From: Nemertoderma westbladi
Taxonomy: Eukaryota > Animalia > Xenacoelomorpha
NCBI GenBank assembly: GCA_032718475.1
Contig: JAUCBJ010006143.1
Location: 1 to 64,000, forward strand
Length of the DNA: 64,000 bases
Direction of reading: 5' to 3'
Under the pieces are notes generated by a model. The model ran no database searches and had not been told where the DNA came from. It saw only the letters and a list, made by a program, of their open reading frames with translations. The first letter of the stretch is position 1. Every line of letters starts with the position of its first letter. Positions 14,114 to 26,179 of this stretch are shown piece after piece. Position numbers and translations under genes: made by a program.

Positions 14114-14318
14114 GTGAGTATTTTAAACTCACAGCCAGTTTAGCCCAAATCGTTTTTATTTCGGCAACAAATTTTAAATAAGAAACAGTGTGTCATTAAA
14201 GAAACCTTAGATCTTAGGCTATGGGTATGAGGTTAGAGCGTTGTCAAGCCAAAAGGGCAGACGAAAAACTCCCAAATCTCCTCACAACTAACATAAAACT
14301 CTGTTGTATTCCCTCTAG
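14114..14318 (+). promoter_or_regulatory. Putative 205-nt intron upstream of the accessory ORF
   Basis: Donor AAG|GTGAGT at 14114, branch ACTAAC at 14287-14292, acceptor CCCTCTAG| at 14318, ATG at 14351. Confidence 0.55.
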
Positions 14319-14350
14319 TAGTAATCATTATGTAACAAATACGTCTAATA

Positions 14351-17300
14351 ATGGCAAAGGGGATATCTGGAGAGCCGAGATGGGGATATGATATCCAAGA
14401 GGAAGCAGCAGCTCCATTCGAACGATTTGGAGCAACAGACTACACTATATTTGGAATAAAAGATTTATCGGAGAGTACAGCAAAACTTGCTAAAACTAAA
14501 TATGACTCAACGGTATTAAAGAGGAGGCAGAACGCTTTAAACGAGAGAATTGAAAGTTTGCGTCAAACCTTCAACGAACTTTATCCGTACGATGCTTTAT
14601 GCGATACGGGAGATATTAGTGAAGACCCAGATACAGAAATAAGTAGTTTGTATCATACCATGCAATACCTGAAGGCGCATGAACCTATGCCTGCGGTACG
14701 TCATGAATTCAATGGAATGCATCTTTACAGACCAACTCGAGGAGACAATAGAGAAACGAAGGAAGCCTTTTCAGTTTATAAACTTTATTATCAATGTGGT
14801 GCTTGTATGCGCGAACAACAAAAGGCGATTCTGATGCGTTTGAATAAGGAAAATCCCGAGCCGATATTGGCGAGGTGTTCGAACCATCAACAACTACGTT
14901 ACCAGGAAGGAGGGTATCCTTTATCTAATCCGTATCACTCATTCGCTATGTGTGGACCAAAGGCGGAAGAAATTGTCGTTTGTCCACCTAAGATTGTTGA
15001 ACCCGATGAATTTGAACTTACGCTGGAAGAGGTGACTCAGTCAACCCGTGAAAGGAAAGAAGCTCTTAGCCTATACAGAGCATATAAGGCTTTTGAGAAA
15101 GGTGAGATGGAAGAATGAGGCGGAAGACTTGCGAGCCTACCTTACCATTGGACATCACACGATCAGACTTCAGCTAAGGAGATGACGCTGGAAATTTTCG
15201 AAAGTATAAACTTTGCCCAAAATGTCATTCAGAGACTACAGATTGCATCCCCGGAAAGGACAAGAGAAATGCAACTGCATAGTGCTCCGACTACGAAACC
15301 ATTGAGTAAGACACTCAATTTCCCTATTAGTATACCAGTTCGGAAAGATTAGACTTATGAAATACTTATTGTGGATCATCCGAGAATTATGTCAAACTTA
15401 GAGTTCCTTTCTGCTGTTGTTCTGAGCGATATGGTTAAGATATATGATTTACATAGACACATTACGCAAAAGGTCGTGCATAACGTTCCGCTACATATTC
15501 AAGACTTTAGAGAACTGGATAGAGCTGGCACCGATATAGCTCCGAGTAACTTGAAAGGATATCTAACCAGAACAATTCGCTTATGGATCGGGACAGGAAC
15601 CTTTCAATCGGATACAGACATCGCCACGAATTGGCAAGGTAAAGTTATTCGTTTCGAGGACGAGAAAGACATGGAGAAGATTTGGCAACCTTCGGAAGAA
15701 TTAATGGACGAATGGAACAGGACGCTTAGATCATTTCAAGAAAATGGTTCTATGTTTTATGATAATGAGGGCGGCAGCCATCAACAAAGTCTAACTTCTA
15801 AGACTATACAAATTAGAGCGGCAGACTGAGTCTTGCACGTTTTTAGTAGACAAAGGAGCGACAAGCGAATGCCGATACCTCAGGGAACTACTAAGCGGCA
15901 CTATCTCATTACCAATATCATAAGGAAGATGGACCAGGCCTGCAACATCGATGCTAGAATGTTACCGAAGATGGTAAGAAACATTATTTTAGTCAAAACT
16001 GTTGTAAAGATTGGATCAGGAGTGCGAGAGGATTTAATTAGCGACTTTGCCGGCATGTCGGATAGTGACGACAGATTACCGACACCTTACATCGATACTC
16101 GACCTCTTATATTATGGTCCATAGAACAAGGATTTTTCCGGGAGTATGATACGCAAAAGACCGGAATGGGATACATTTCCTACCTGATGTTTAATTGGGA
16201 TTACAAGGAAAGTAAAAGAACTAAGTATATTGAAACATATGGAGAAGGTGATACTCCAGATATGAATGAGTTTGAATCACAGCTAAAATGGAGAGGATGC
16301 GTGTATTGGGCTATTATGTCACTTCCAAGAGCAGTACTACAATATTATTTAGCGATAGAGTCATCAGTAAATGTTTGCTTAATCACCGACATTGTGTCTT
16401 GGGGACTCTTAAAAGACATCCACTTTGTCTCGGAGAAGGACATACGTTCTACGAGGAAGGGAGAATTCATACTGACGTGTTTAGACGATTTCTCGAACCC
16501 TTCTACAATTCCGATGCTCAGTGCAATGCCTTTACTCGAGCAGGATTTAGTATATTTTGATACATGTATCTTCGCTGTGAGGGATCGCTTATCGAAAGAC
16601 CATCTATGTTTACAATTTTACCTTATGAAGGAGAACGTATTGTAGAGGTTACTGACGAATCACGGCAGACGCGCGCACCTATCGGTCACTTCGGTGATGA
16701 TTCTGAAGCAACAACGATTGGTGATCCTCTGGAGGAACTTCTTGAGATTGAAAGAAACCTTCCGAAGAAATCCCAGACGGAGATTCTTCAACTTGAAGCA
16801 ACAGATGCTGTAGTTTGTATACAACCTTCTGAAACATACCAACCTGTAGATCCAGACAATTATGACTATAGTGTGGGAGGAAGCGCTCGACCAATTGGTG
16901 ACCTTATATATGAGCGAGTATGGTACCCTGCTAATACGATGTGTGGTAAATGTGGCGTCGCTGGACATCATTCGACAAAATGCAGCAGAAAACATATTAC
17001 TACGACTCAACTGATTTGTGGATGGTGTGGAGACCAGGGATCCCATACGTTTTATACTTGCTGGAGATTTATGGCACAATGTTCATACTGCAATATAAAG
17101 GGACATTGAGCATCTGAATGTCAGTTGAGAGACATACCATATGAACACAAGTCGGTGACACTCGTAAGAAAACTGTTTGATAATTGGGAAGATTTAGCTG
17201 ACAAACATGTATCGGCACAAAGATAACAATTCCCGATGAGAGTACACCTCGGATTTTGGGCGGTAAATCCTCAAACTATGATGTCGGAAGGATATATATG

Positions 17301-18080
17301 CTACAATCCGCTATGCCACAATATGATGAATTGATAGAGGTAGTTGACATTTTGCCTCACGATAGTGGATTCAGGGTCGTGCGAGAATATTTATTGCAGA
17401 TTCATCCAGACAATAAGAACATTTGGAATTTCCAGAAAGTCGTTAATCGTATCACGTATGGTGAATTCGACCGTTTTCGAACTGAAAAGCGAAACAAGGG
17501 AGCTTGGTTAACATTCGCATGAGCGTACCGAGCCGCCTTCTACCATAAACGTGTACGGTCGAGCGTATTTGAGGAAGAGGAGATCCTAGAGGCGACCGAC
17601 ATACCAGCCACTCCGGTTGCGCTGTCTGCACGTCACCCTCGGGAGGACGAACAGAACAGGATCATAAGGGTTCAGAAAGTGAGCCAACAATTAAAGAAAA
17701 CTCTTAACATTGAAGAACGAAAGGGATTTGAGCCGGCTATTCGAGTTACTCGAGATACGGTGTCGCTTCCCAGAGAGCCGCGAGGAGGATTGGGACATAT
17801 ACCAGCCAATCAAAAGGGGGCGCAAGCTTCTCTTGGGTCTGCGCCGTCCGCTTCCAGCGCGTTCCCAGACGTTTTGCCATCGGTAGAACCAACCAATCGG
17901 TCACGAGGAGTCGGACGAGGATTTGGGTTTACTAAAAGGCGAGCTTGTGAGGAAATGGTCGCACCATCTCCCAACGTCCAAGGTAAACTAGTGACTCGCC
18001 CCATAAGTCCTGTAGTACGAGCAAAGTCGCCTATACGCAGTTTTCAAGGACGCGGCCGAGCCCAATCTACAAAGAGATGA
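14351..18080 (+). pseudogene. Accessory gene of BEL element: novel N-terminal Cys domain + DEDDy-like 3'-5' exonuclease + 3 CCHC zinc knuckles + low-complexity tail (~1,240 codons, decayed)
   Basis: ORFs 14351, 15371 and 15833 share a frame and are separated by point stops; FYDNEG..TIQIR..HVF (ExoI), LPKMVRNIILVKTVVKIGSGVRED (ExoII), YIDT, YLAIE (ExoIII-like); knuckles CGKCGVAGHHSTKC, CGWCGDQGSHTFYTC, CSYCNIKGH*ASEC. Confidence 0.75.
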
Positions 18081-18714
18081 AATGGAAGGCAAAGGGTGGA
18101 CGGAAGACTCGCGAGCCTTTCTTATGATTTCATTTATTAGCATTATATAAAGATGCATATTTTAGTTAGGTATGAAAGATTTATATTTAGAAAGTTATGC
18201 AATTTATATTTGAAAGATTTATATTTAGAAAGTTATGCAATTTATATTTGAAAGATTTATATTTAGAAAGATTTATATTTGTAATTATTCCGAACTTATG
18301 CAATTTATATTTAGGTACAAAGTGAAATTGTTTATATTTAGGTACGATAATATTTGTATTTGTAATTATTTGAATTTATGCAATATTTGAGAGGCAAAGG
18401 GTGGACGGAAGACTCGCGAGCCTTTCTTAAGATTTCATTTATTTGTATTTGTAATTATTTGAATATTATGCAATTTATATTTTATATAAGGAAGCAGTAT
18501 TTGTAATTATTTTGACATTATTGGTAATTTATGCAATATTTGAGATGCAATAGATTTATATTTGGTGAATTTAATTTAGATTTATATTTGGAAATTGTAT
18601 CTACTTAATTAAAGCCTTAAATATGTATGCTTCAGGTATTTCATAATTTGATTTGTAATTATTGGTGAAAACCATATATTTTATACATGATAATATCCTG
18701 TTTTCATGGAGCGG

Positions 18715-19780
18715 TATAGAATTATATCCTCACAAAAGCCGTAAAATTTCCAAATTTTATTTTGTTGGAATTAATTTGTATTATTTGATAGGTTCATATG
18801 TTATAAGATTACATTAAGTTCTCATTTGCATTTGGTATAGCTATTTGTACAACATTATTCAAGTGGTTCAGTAGCTCAGTTGGTTATGCGTTAGAAATTC
18901 GTTTGATAGGTATCGAGTTCAAATCCTAGCAGGTGTAAATTGTTTTTTGTGCCAATTTTCAACTTATTTGAATTGACCGCTACGATTGAATTGTATCTGC
19001 TCAAGGTAGATTAACCAATGAAATTGCAGTTATTTGACAGTAACCAATGTTGTGCAAGTTATGCGTTTGCTGGACCAATGGTTATATTTAAAAATGTAAT
19101 GGAACCTATAGAATTATCTAGATTTGTCTAGATTATTGGCAGCACTAATTCACTATATAAAGGTGCGTTTGTGCGATTAGTTACACATTACATCAATGTA
19201 TTTCACATTATTTGTATTTTATTTCGTGATTTGTTCATTATTTGTAATAAAGTTCGAATTATTGTTACATCTGTTTTAACATGATTCACCACGGTGAACC
19301 CAACTGAGGGACAGGTGGCAGGCTAAGCAGCGGGCTGCAGCAGTGAATGGGAACATCGGCGGAATGTAGAAAGCCACCCACAATATCGATTAATAGTTTT
19401 TCGCCCATCGCCTGAAAGGTTAGACAGCGTTTGATGCCTTGCTACCTAAGTGTAAGACCTGAGATCAAAGGTAGACGTAGTGACACGCTGTGCGCCAAAA
19501 TTTAAAATTAGGAACTGTACTGTTTTGATTCTGACAGAACCCGCGGTACCCCTTCACATTCCTACGGGAGGAGAGTAGAGAGAGAGAGAGAGAATAGATA
19601 CAAGTACACAGATAGGACACAGGCACACCATTACGGGGCATGTACATTGGTAGGGTACACCAAAACTGTACGCCTAACTTATTTGCCGTGTATAGGTGCG
19701 CTTGTGGCTTGTTTTGTAGTACAACGGTGTCCATTGCTTGTATTGGAGTCTGTAGGCCAAGAGAAGGTTACCGTGTCGTG
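18715..19780 (+). repeat. BEL 3' LTR, left part (similarity to the 5' LTR visible from 19097; start at 18715 inferred from preceding GGAGCGG)
   Basis: TTTTCATGGAGCGG|TATAGAA resembles TTTTCTGGGAGCGG|TGTAAAA in front of the second element's LTR. Confidence 0.75.
18865..18933 (+). pseudogene. tRNA-like sequence / SINE head with Pol III A and B boxes; anticodon arm degenerate
   Basis: GTAGCTCAGTTGGTT (A box), GAGTTCAAATCC (B box). Confidence 0.6.
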
Positions 19781-20248
19781 AGTAGTAGATAAAGCATAGT
19801 CCTCACAATAGTCCTCCCTAAGCCTGGGCTATGCACATTCCATTGAGAGGGGTATTAAAAATGTCAAATTCCGGTGCTAAATTGCGATGCGCGCGCCATA
19901 TGTCACCATCGGCAGCTGCCATCAACCAATCGTAGCGTAGCCTCACCCCGCGATGTCCAATATTATATTATATCGATTGCCAACTCAACGATTTACCCTC
20001 CGCTAGCTAGTGCTACTCCTCGACGGCACCACCACCACCACCGCTGTATACTGTATATGAAGACGAGAACAACGATGTGGCCATCTACACGCATCGTGCA
20101 TATACCCTCCCTCGATATTATATATTATATTATATCGATTGCCAACTCCACGATTTACCCTCCGCTAGCTAGCGCTGCTACTCCTCGACGGCTGTCACCA
20201 AACCAATAAACCAACCAACCAACCTACCAGTATGATACATGAAATTCC
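19781..20248 (+). repeat. Polinton left TIR
   Basis: Reverse complement of 43668-44116 apart from a central differing block. Confidence 0.92.
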
Positions 20249-20953
20249 GCCACGCGTCAACTACACGTTCTCGTATTTCCATAGTAGTTACTCAAGCTAA
20301 CCATTCCCTCAGCATCTGTGACATATTGAAAGGCTACTACTACTAACATTATACTGTGCGTTTTTATTATAATTATTGATTATTATTACACACAACCCAA
20401 TGATTCATATTCTTTCGCATATTTCCTATCCACGCAACCAATCATCCACATTACCCATCTCTTTTCTTATTTGTTCATTATGCCACATCTCACTCTTCTA
20501 CGTTGACTATGCTACATCCACATCCCCACGTATTCAGAAATTTATATATAACTGTAGGTTTTTAATAAAATTCATCACTTGTAATCTTCATGGTAATATA
20601 TTGATACCATATCTAATTTTTTTTGTTCTCACTCTGAAATTGTGTTATTTCCTTAATAATTTCTTCATTATCTTACTCGTTGTATATTCGTTGGTCAGAA
20701 ACACTCGAATAAATGATACTGATTCCCACATTGGGTTTCTAAATCATGAAATATATAAGTGGTCAGAATCTCACACAAGAGAGAAGATGATACTTAATGA
20801 TGTAGATAAGTTAAGTATCATCTTCTCTCTTGTGTAAGTTTCTGACCACTTATATATACACAATTTTAGAGTGAGAACTATGGTGTCAATTTATTACAGC
20901 GATACGGTTTAAAATTTATCACTGTAATATTTTTCGTATTTATTATTATTATT

Positions 20954-22018
20954 ATGGCCTTAACGCAAAAAACCGGAGCAACAAATAGCTGGAAATTTAC
21001 TTACAATAAATATTCTTGTACCGTCGTTCACAGCAAGTATTTTATTGTGGAATCTCAGGAGGACAACGAATCAATTTGTTTTTCCAATCAAGATACCCGC
21101 TATTTGTTAGACATTCTAGAAACAACCAACAACAACCAACATTAATCCAGACCAGCAATTATACCAGGTAGGATATATCCCACTCTTCGTTTTGTGCGGG
21201 GAAATTTGAATATTTCCATCAACCCCACATCGGGTGATGTTTACGTTCAGAAACAAGGCAAATGTAAAGTTCTCAACAAAGCTTTTACTGAAGTTCTAAT
21301 TCAATACAGAGGGAAATTATTGCAATTTCTCTCTCCACCTCTAGAGATTATTAGCAATCAATTCTACATTGAATTTTCAAATCCAGAGTTTATTGGATTT
21401 GTAACAGCTTTTAAAGGAACCAACTATGTTGGCTTATGGAAAATCAGCCTCAGATACGCTGATATTGTTGGTTTTAACTATTATACAGGTTTCAATTTGT
21501 CAAAACAGGAACTAACCGTTTTGTTGCGAGAGTGGGACTACCAAGTCGATGAAACAGACAAGCATCTTTTTGATAAAAATATCATTCAGTTATCAGACCG
21601 TCTCAAAATGATTAAAACCAATAATAAAAAAATTATTATCACCAACACCGATAATTCTACTGAAGTAGGGGCCGGCGGAAATTCTATTGAGTTGCATTAC
21701 TTGAAGGATAAATTCCATATTAGTTTTCTCAAAGAAGCGATGAAGGGCGTCTCTCTTACTGATGCCAATGTAGATGGTTTTGTCCTTTTGGATAAACCTA
21801 AAGCATTCGTAGAGATCCGATCACCTAATCCAGATGTTGAAGAGACTTGCTCTCAACCTCAACAGGTCTTTCCTGAAATATTACCTTGGAAGCCAAGATC
21901 ATCGAGTAAATTTACCAACACTTCACCTGCAAAGAAACAGAAAGTTGTCGGTAACCCTGTTCTAGTAGATCCAGTTACTAATTCTCCATGGAAACCTGAT
22001 TATTATCCTAACATGTAA
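20954..22018 (+). pseudogene. Polinton protein with tandem PC4-like (ssDNA-binding) repeats; one premature stop
   Basis: VTAFKGTNYVGLWK..TGFNLSKQELTVL resembles PC4 V..FKG..idiR..KGISL..eq...L; similar units KGVSLTDA and SICFSNQDTRYL. Confidence 0.55.
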
Positions 22019-22221
22019 ACCTGATCATAAGTTAAACTCTTTGTGGTTTCCAATAGCCATATGCGATTGGTGACTGGTGATTGGTGATTGATTTAAAATT
22101 ATTTCACTTGCTAGCATATAAATGTTTAGATATAGTCAATAACATTTCATTTCATTTTATTTTAATCTTTGGAGATATTTTATTATTATTATTATTATTA
22201 TTTATCTAAACAAACTTCAAC

Positions 22222-25200
22222 ATGGATAAAATAACAATATGTTGTTCATTCTGTCATATGAATGTAACTAGACATAATTACTTACGCCACCTACGGTCAC
22301 ATTTTGAAGGTTATTCTTGTTTTAAGTGTCATGTCATTACTTCATGCAGTAAAATTTGTAAACGACATGAATCAACTACTGGTTGTAAAGAAATGGAGTT
22401 CCGCACCTATCAATTGACTTGTTCTACCTGTAATAAAGAGTATACATATGACAATTATCTACGACACAATTGTCACTTGAAATGTTACTGCACAAGAAAG
22501 CGTAAATCTGGGTGGCTCTTGGTACATGCGCAACAATTTTTACACGGGAACAAGAAGCTCACGATAATCGTCTTGAAATTTATGTCCACGACCTCCCAAC
22601 TTCTAGAGATTATCCCGATGTAGAAACAGCATTAGCGCAAATTTGAGGTAATATTCTTCAGTTAATATTAGACAGATTGAAAGAAATGAATGTTCTTAGA
22701 CTGTGGTTAGGTCTAAATGTATTAATGTACAGATCACATTTTTCAGAAGGTGAGCAATTGGAAACCTTTTATTTTAATTCTTCCGGTGGTGCTATTAATA
22801 CTGTAGATTCATCACAAAGTTTTGACACATGGTTTGAGTATGTGGTGGGAAATATATTACAAAAAATAGCCATGTTTAACACACGTGGCTCCGGGTGGCG
22901 TATTAATTCTTTATTAAGGGTTGAAATTAAATTAGCTGAATCTAAGTGTAGGTCGTTACTATATAAGGGGCATGGATATATGGAATTACCTAAGGCTTTA
23001 TCAGCTAAAAATGTACAATAAATATACAAACAGCTGATAATGATTGTTTCAAATGGGCTATTATATCCGCAAAATTTGGTAGCAAAGTGAAAAATAATAA
23101 AAACCATACTTCATCGTACAAAAATTATATGAGTCATTTCATTTTTTACAATGGGAACAAAGATTATCCAACAGAGTGGCAGTTAGCGATTAAACTTTTT
23201 GAAAAACAAAATTCAAAATATATAATTAATTTACTATGTTGGAATAACGACAACAAACGCACCCCTGTATCTATATTAAGACAACCTCCGTTTAGTAAAA
23301 TTACACCTGATAAACAGTTATTAAATATATTACTTGTAGTAAAAAATAACAATGTACCTAAACTGAATCATTATGTTTGCATAACTAACTTGAATCGATT
23401 GCTGAATACGAGAGCTCTTCATACCCAAGGTAGGCAATATTGTGAAAGGTGTTTGACACATTTTTTTCGAGCAGAAGTTCTTCTTCGACACCATCTCGTA
23501 TGCTACCAAGGAAGAAGTCAGCGCGAGAAACTACCTAATAAAAAAAGAACACACATTAGTTTTACAAATTTAGATAGAACCTTATCCCCATTGTTTGTCA
23601 CTTACTTTGATATAGAATGTATCTTACAACCATCAGTATTAATAATCAATTTATACAGGAGCATATACCGTGTGCGGTGAGTTATTTAATTGTTCCCAAT
23701 AGTGAATTAATTGATGCTCCAAAATGTCATTTGAAAACATTTGTAAAGACAAATAATAATAATTGTATTCAAGATTTCTTAGATTCATTATATACTGATT
23801 TAACTGAATTATGTTGTTGGTCAGACATATACACTCATAAAACTATGTCATTTACTAATATTGATTTTGTAAATTTTGAACAAGCAAAATTTTGTTTCTA
23901 TTGTAATGTTACTTTAAATAATAATGTAGGGAAAAACAGACACCATTCACATATTACTGGTAAATTATTGCAGCAGCCTGTAATAGTTGTAACCGAAGTT
24001 TATCATTGAAACGAAACCTGTATGTACTTTGCGGGCACAATTCCAGTAATTACGATATACATTGTATATTACAAACCGGATTTAGAGATAAGAAATACAC
24101 AGATTGGGATATAAAGGTTATACCGAGAAATACAGAACGATATATTTCACTGAGTGCATTTATCCCAATTAAAAACACTTCTAAAAAAATTGAGTTACGT
24201 TTCTTAGACACATATCAATTTTTAAGCTTTTCTTTAAGTAATTTAGTTGAGTGTTCAACAAAGGATGTAGCGAGTCATGATATGAGCTCAATTTTACCTA
24301 TCACTCTACAAGAAATGAAATATTTTTATACAAACTTGAATAACTCAACAATTAAACGGAAAGGAGTATTTCCATACAAGTACTTGACAGATATTAATAA
24401 ATTTAATGATACTAGTTTGCCATCTATAAATAATTTTTTTAGTAACTTAAGTCAAAAAAACATGCACAATTGAAGATTATAGGTTTGCGGGATTATCATG
24501 GGTAGAATTCGACTGTATGAATCTCAAAGATTATCTTTTAGCCTATTTAAAACTTGATGTTTGTTTGCTTGCTGATATATTTGAGAATTTTAGGAATGTT
24601 TGTAAACAAAATTACGATTTAGAAGTGGTTTTTTACTGTAGTATCGCGTCATTTACCTATGATTGCGCGCTAAAATATAATAAATGTAAAATAGAATTAA
24701 TAAAGGATTATCAGACATATAGAGATTTTGAAAAATCAATTAGGGGTGGTGTTTCATTTTGTCGAAAGCATTATATAGAATCAAATATACCAGGAACAAG
24801 TACATATGATTCTACTAAGGAAGAATGCCATATTTTTAATATTGATTTCAACTCTTTATATTCTGGGAATTTAAGTAAAAAACTACCCACCTCGCAATTC
24901 AAAGAAGTAAGTATTAAACATTTAGAGAATGCAATTCCAGAAAAACTAATAGAGTACTTGGTAGATTTAGACATTGATGGATCTACTGGATAGTTTTTAA
25001 TATGTGATTTAAATTATCCTAAAGCTATTCACGATCAAACATTACAATTACCGTTAGCACCAGAGCATTTAAGTATAAATGAATCAATGCTTTCACCTTA
25101 TATGAGGGAACAATTTAATAATTTATCGATACAAATATAATATAAATATAAAAATTAAATAATAAGTAAATATAAGATCCGTAAATATAAGCTGTCTACA

Positions 25201-26179
25201 CCAAAACTCTTGCTGACTCAATTTGATAAAAGAATTTTATTCATTTACATTTGAAACTGTTAAAATTTTATATAAAACATGGATTAATTGTTACTAAACT
25301 ACATAAATTATATTCTTTTCAACAAGAATTTGTATTTAAAAATTACATAGATTTTAATATTAATCAAAGGCATCTAGCACAAAGTTACATTAAACGGCTG
25401 TTGCGAAGCTGCTTAATAACTCGTTATTTGGCAAGTCAATAGAGAGGATACGAGACCGATGTAACTTTCATATCGCAAATAGTAATGATAAATGCGACCA
25501 ATTGGTAAATCGTATTAATCATGAACAATTTATAATATACAATAATACATTATCAGGACATTTATTAGTGAAAGACTCTGTAACTCTCGATAAGCCTATA
25601 TTTATTGGTAGCGCGGTGTTGGACTTGGCTAAATTGGATATGTATGAGCTGTTCTACAATAAATTGCTAAAAGCATTAATTAAAAATAATATTTTAGATA
25701 CTTCCAATTACCCTAAGGATCACCCTCTCTACAGCGATAAAAATAAATCCAGACTCTATTACTGTAAAGACGAACTAGCTTCACGTGAAATTAAACAAGC
25801 AGTATTTTTAAGACCAAAATTATATTCAATTTTGGAATGGAATAACAAAAATATTCGTAGAGCAAAAGGTATTACAAGAGCTGTTGTGGAAACGAATATT
25901 ACACATGAAGAATATTTAAAAGCATATAACTCAAATGAAGAAATAAAAAAAAACATACACGGATTTCAATCTAAATTACATCGTATTTATACCTTAAAGC
26001 AAAATAAATTTGCACTCAGTAGCTTTGATGATAAACTTTATTGGATTAATAAAAATCAATCACTTCCTTGGGGGCACTATAAAACAAACCTCAATAAACC
26101 TATAAAAATATCAAATATACCAATTTATGAAGAACCAAAAGACAATGGTATTGATGATGAATTATCAAATAGTAAATAA
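22222..26179 (+). pseudogene. Protein-primed DNA polymerase B with N-terminal zinc fingers, terminal-protein/vOTU region and endonuclease VII-like insert; fragmented
   Basis: C2H2 fingers; GSGW; DCFKWAI/NHYVCI; YFDIEC; HHSHITG; HNSSNYD; FLDT; RKGVFPY; YLKLDV; SIRGG; DFNSLY; LRPKLY; RAKGI; SSFDDK. Confidence 0.95.

Noticed and set aside
15116-17521. In-frame TGA codons as selenocysteine or readthrough
   Set aside because: TAG/TAA stops and frameshifts also occur throughout the element; consistent with CpG decay and neutral degeneration
14351-18080. env gene
   Set aside because: No evident signal peptide, transmembrane anchor or fusion-protein Cys pattern; nuclease and knuckle motifs instead
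5052-18423. CRISPR-like array from the recurrent palindromic motif or tandem repeats
   Set aside because: Spacing is kilobases and irregular, no cas genes, eukaryotic context
19874-20209. His-rich ORF and its counterpart at 43635-43919
   Set aside because: Within TIRs, derived from (CAC)n repeats
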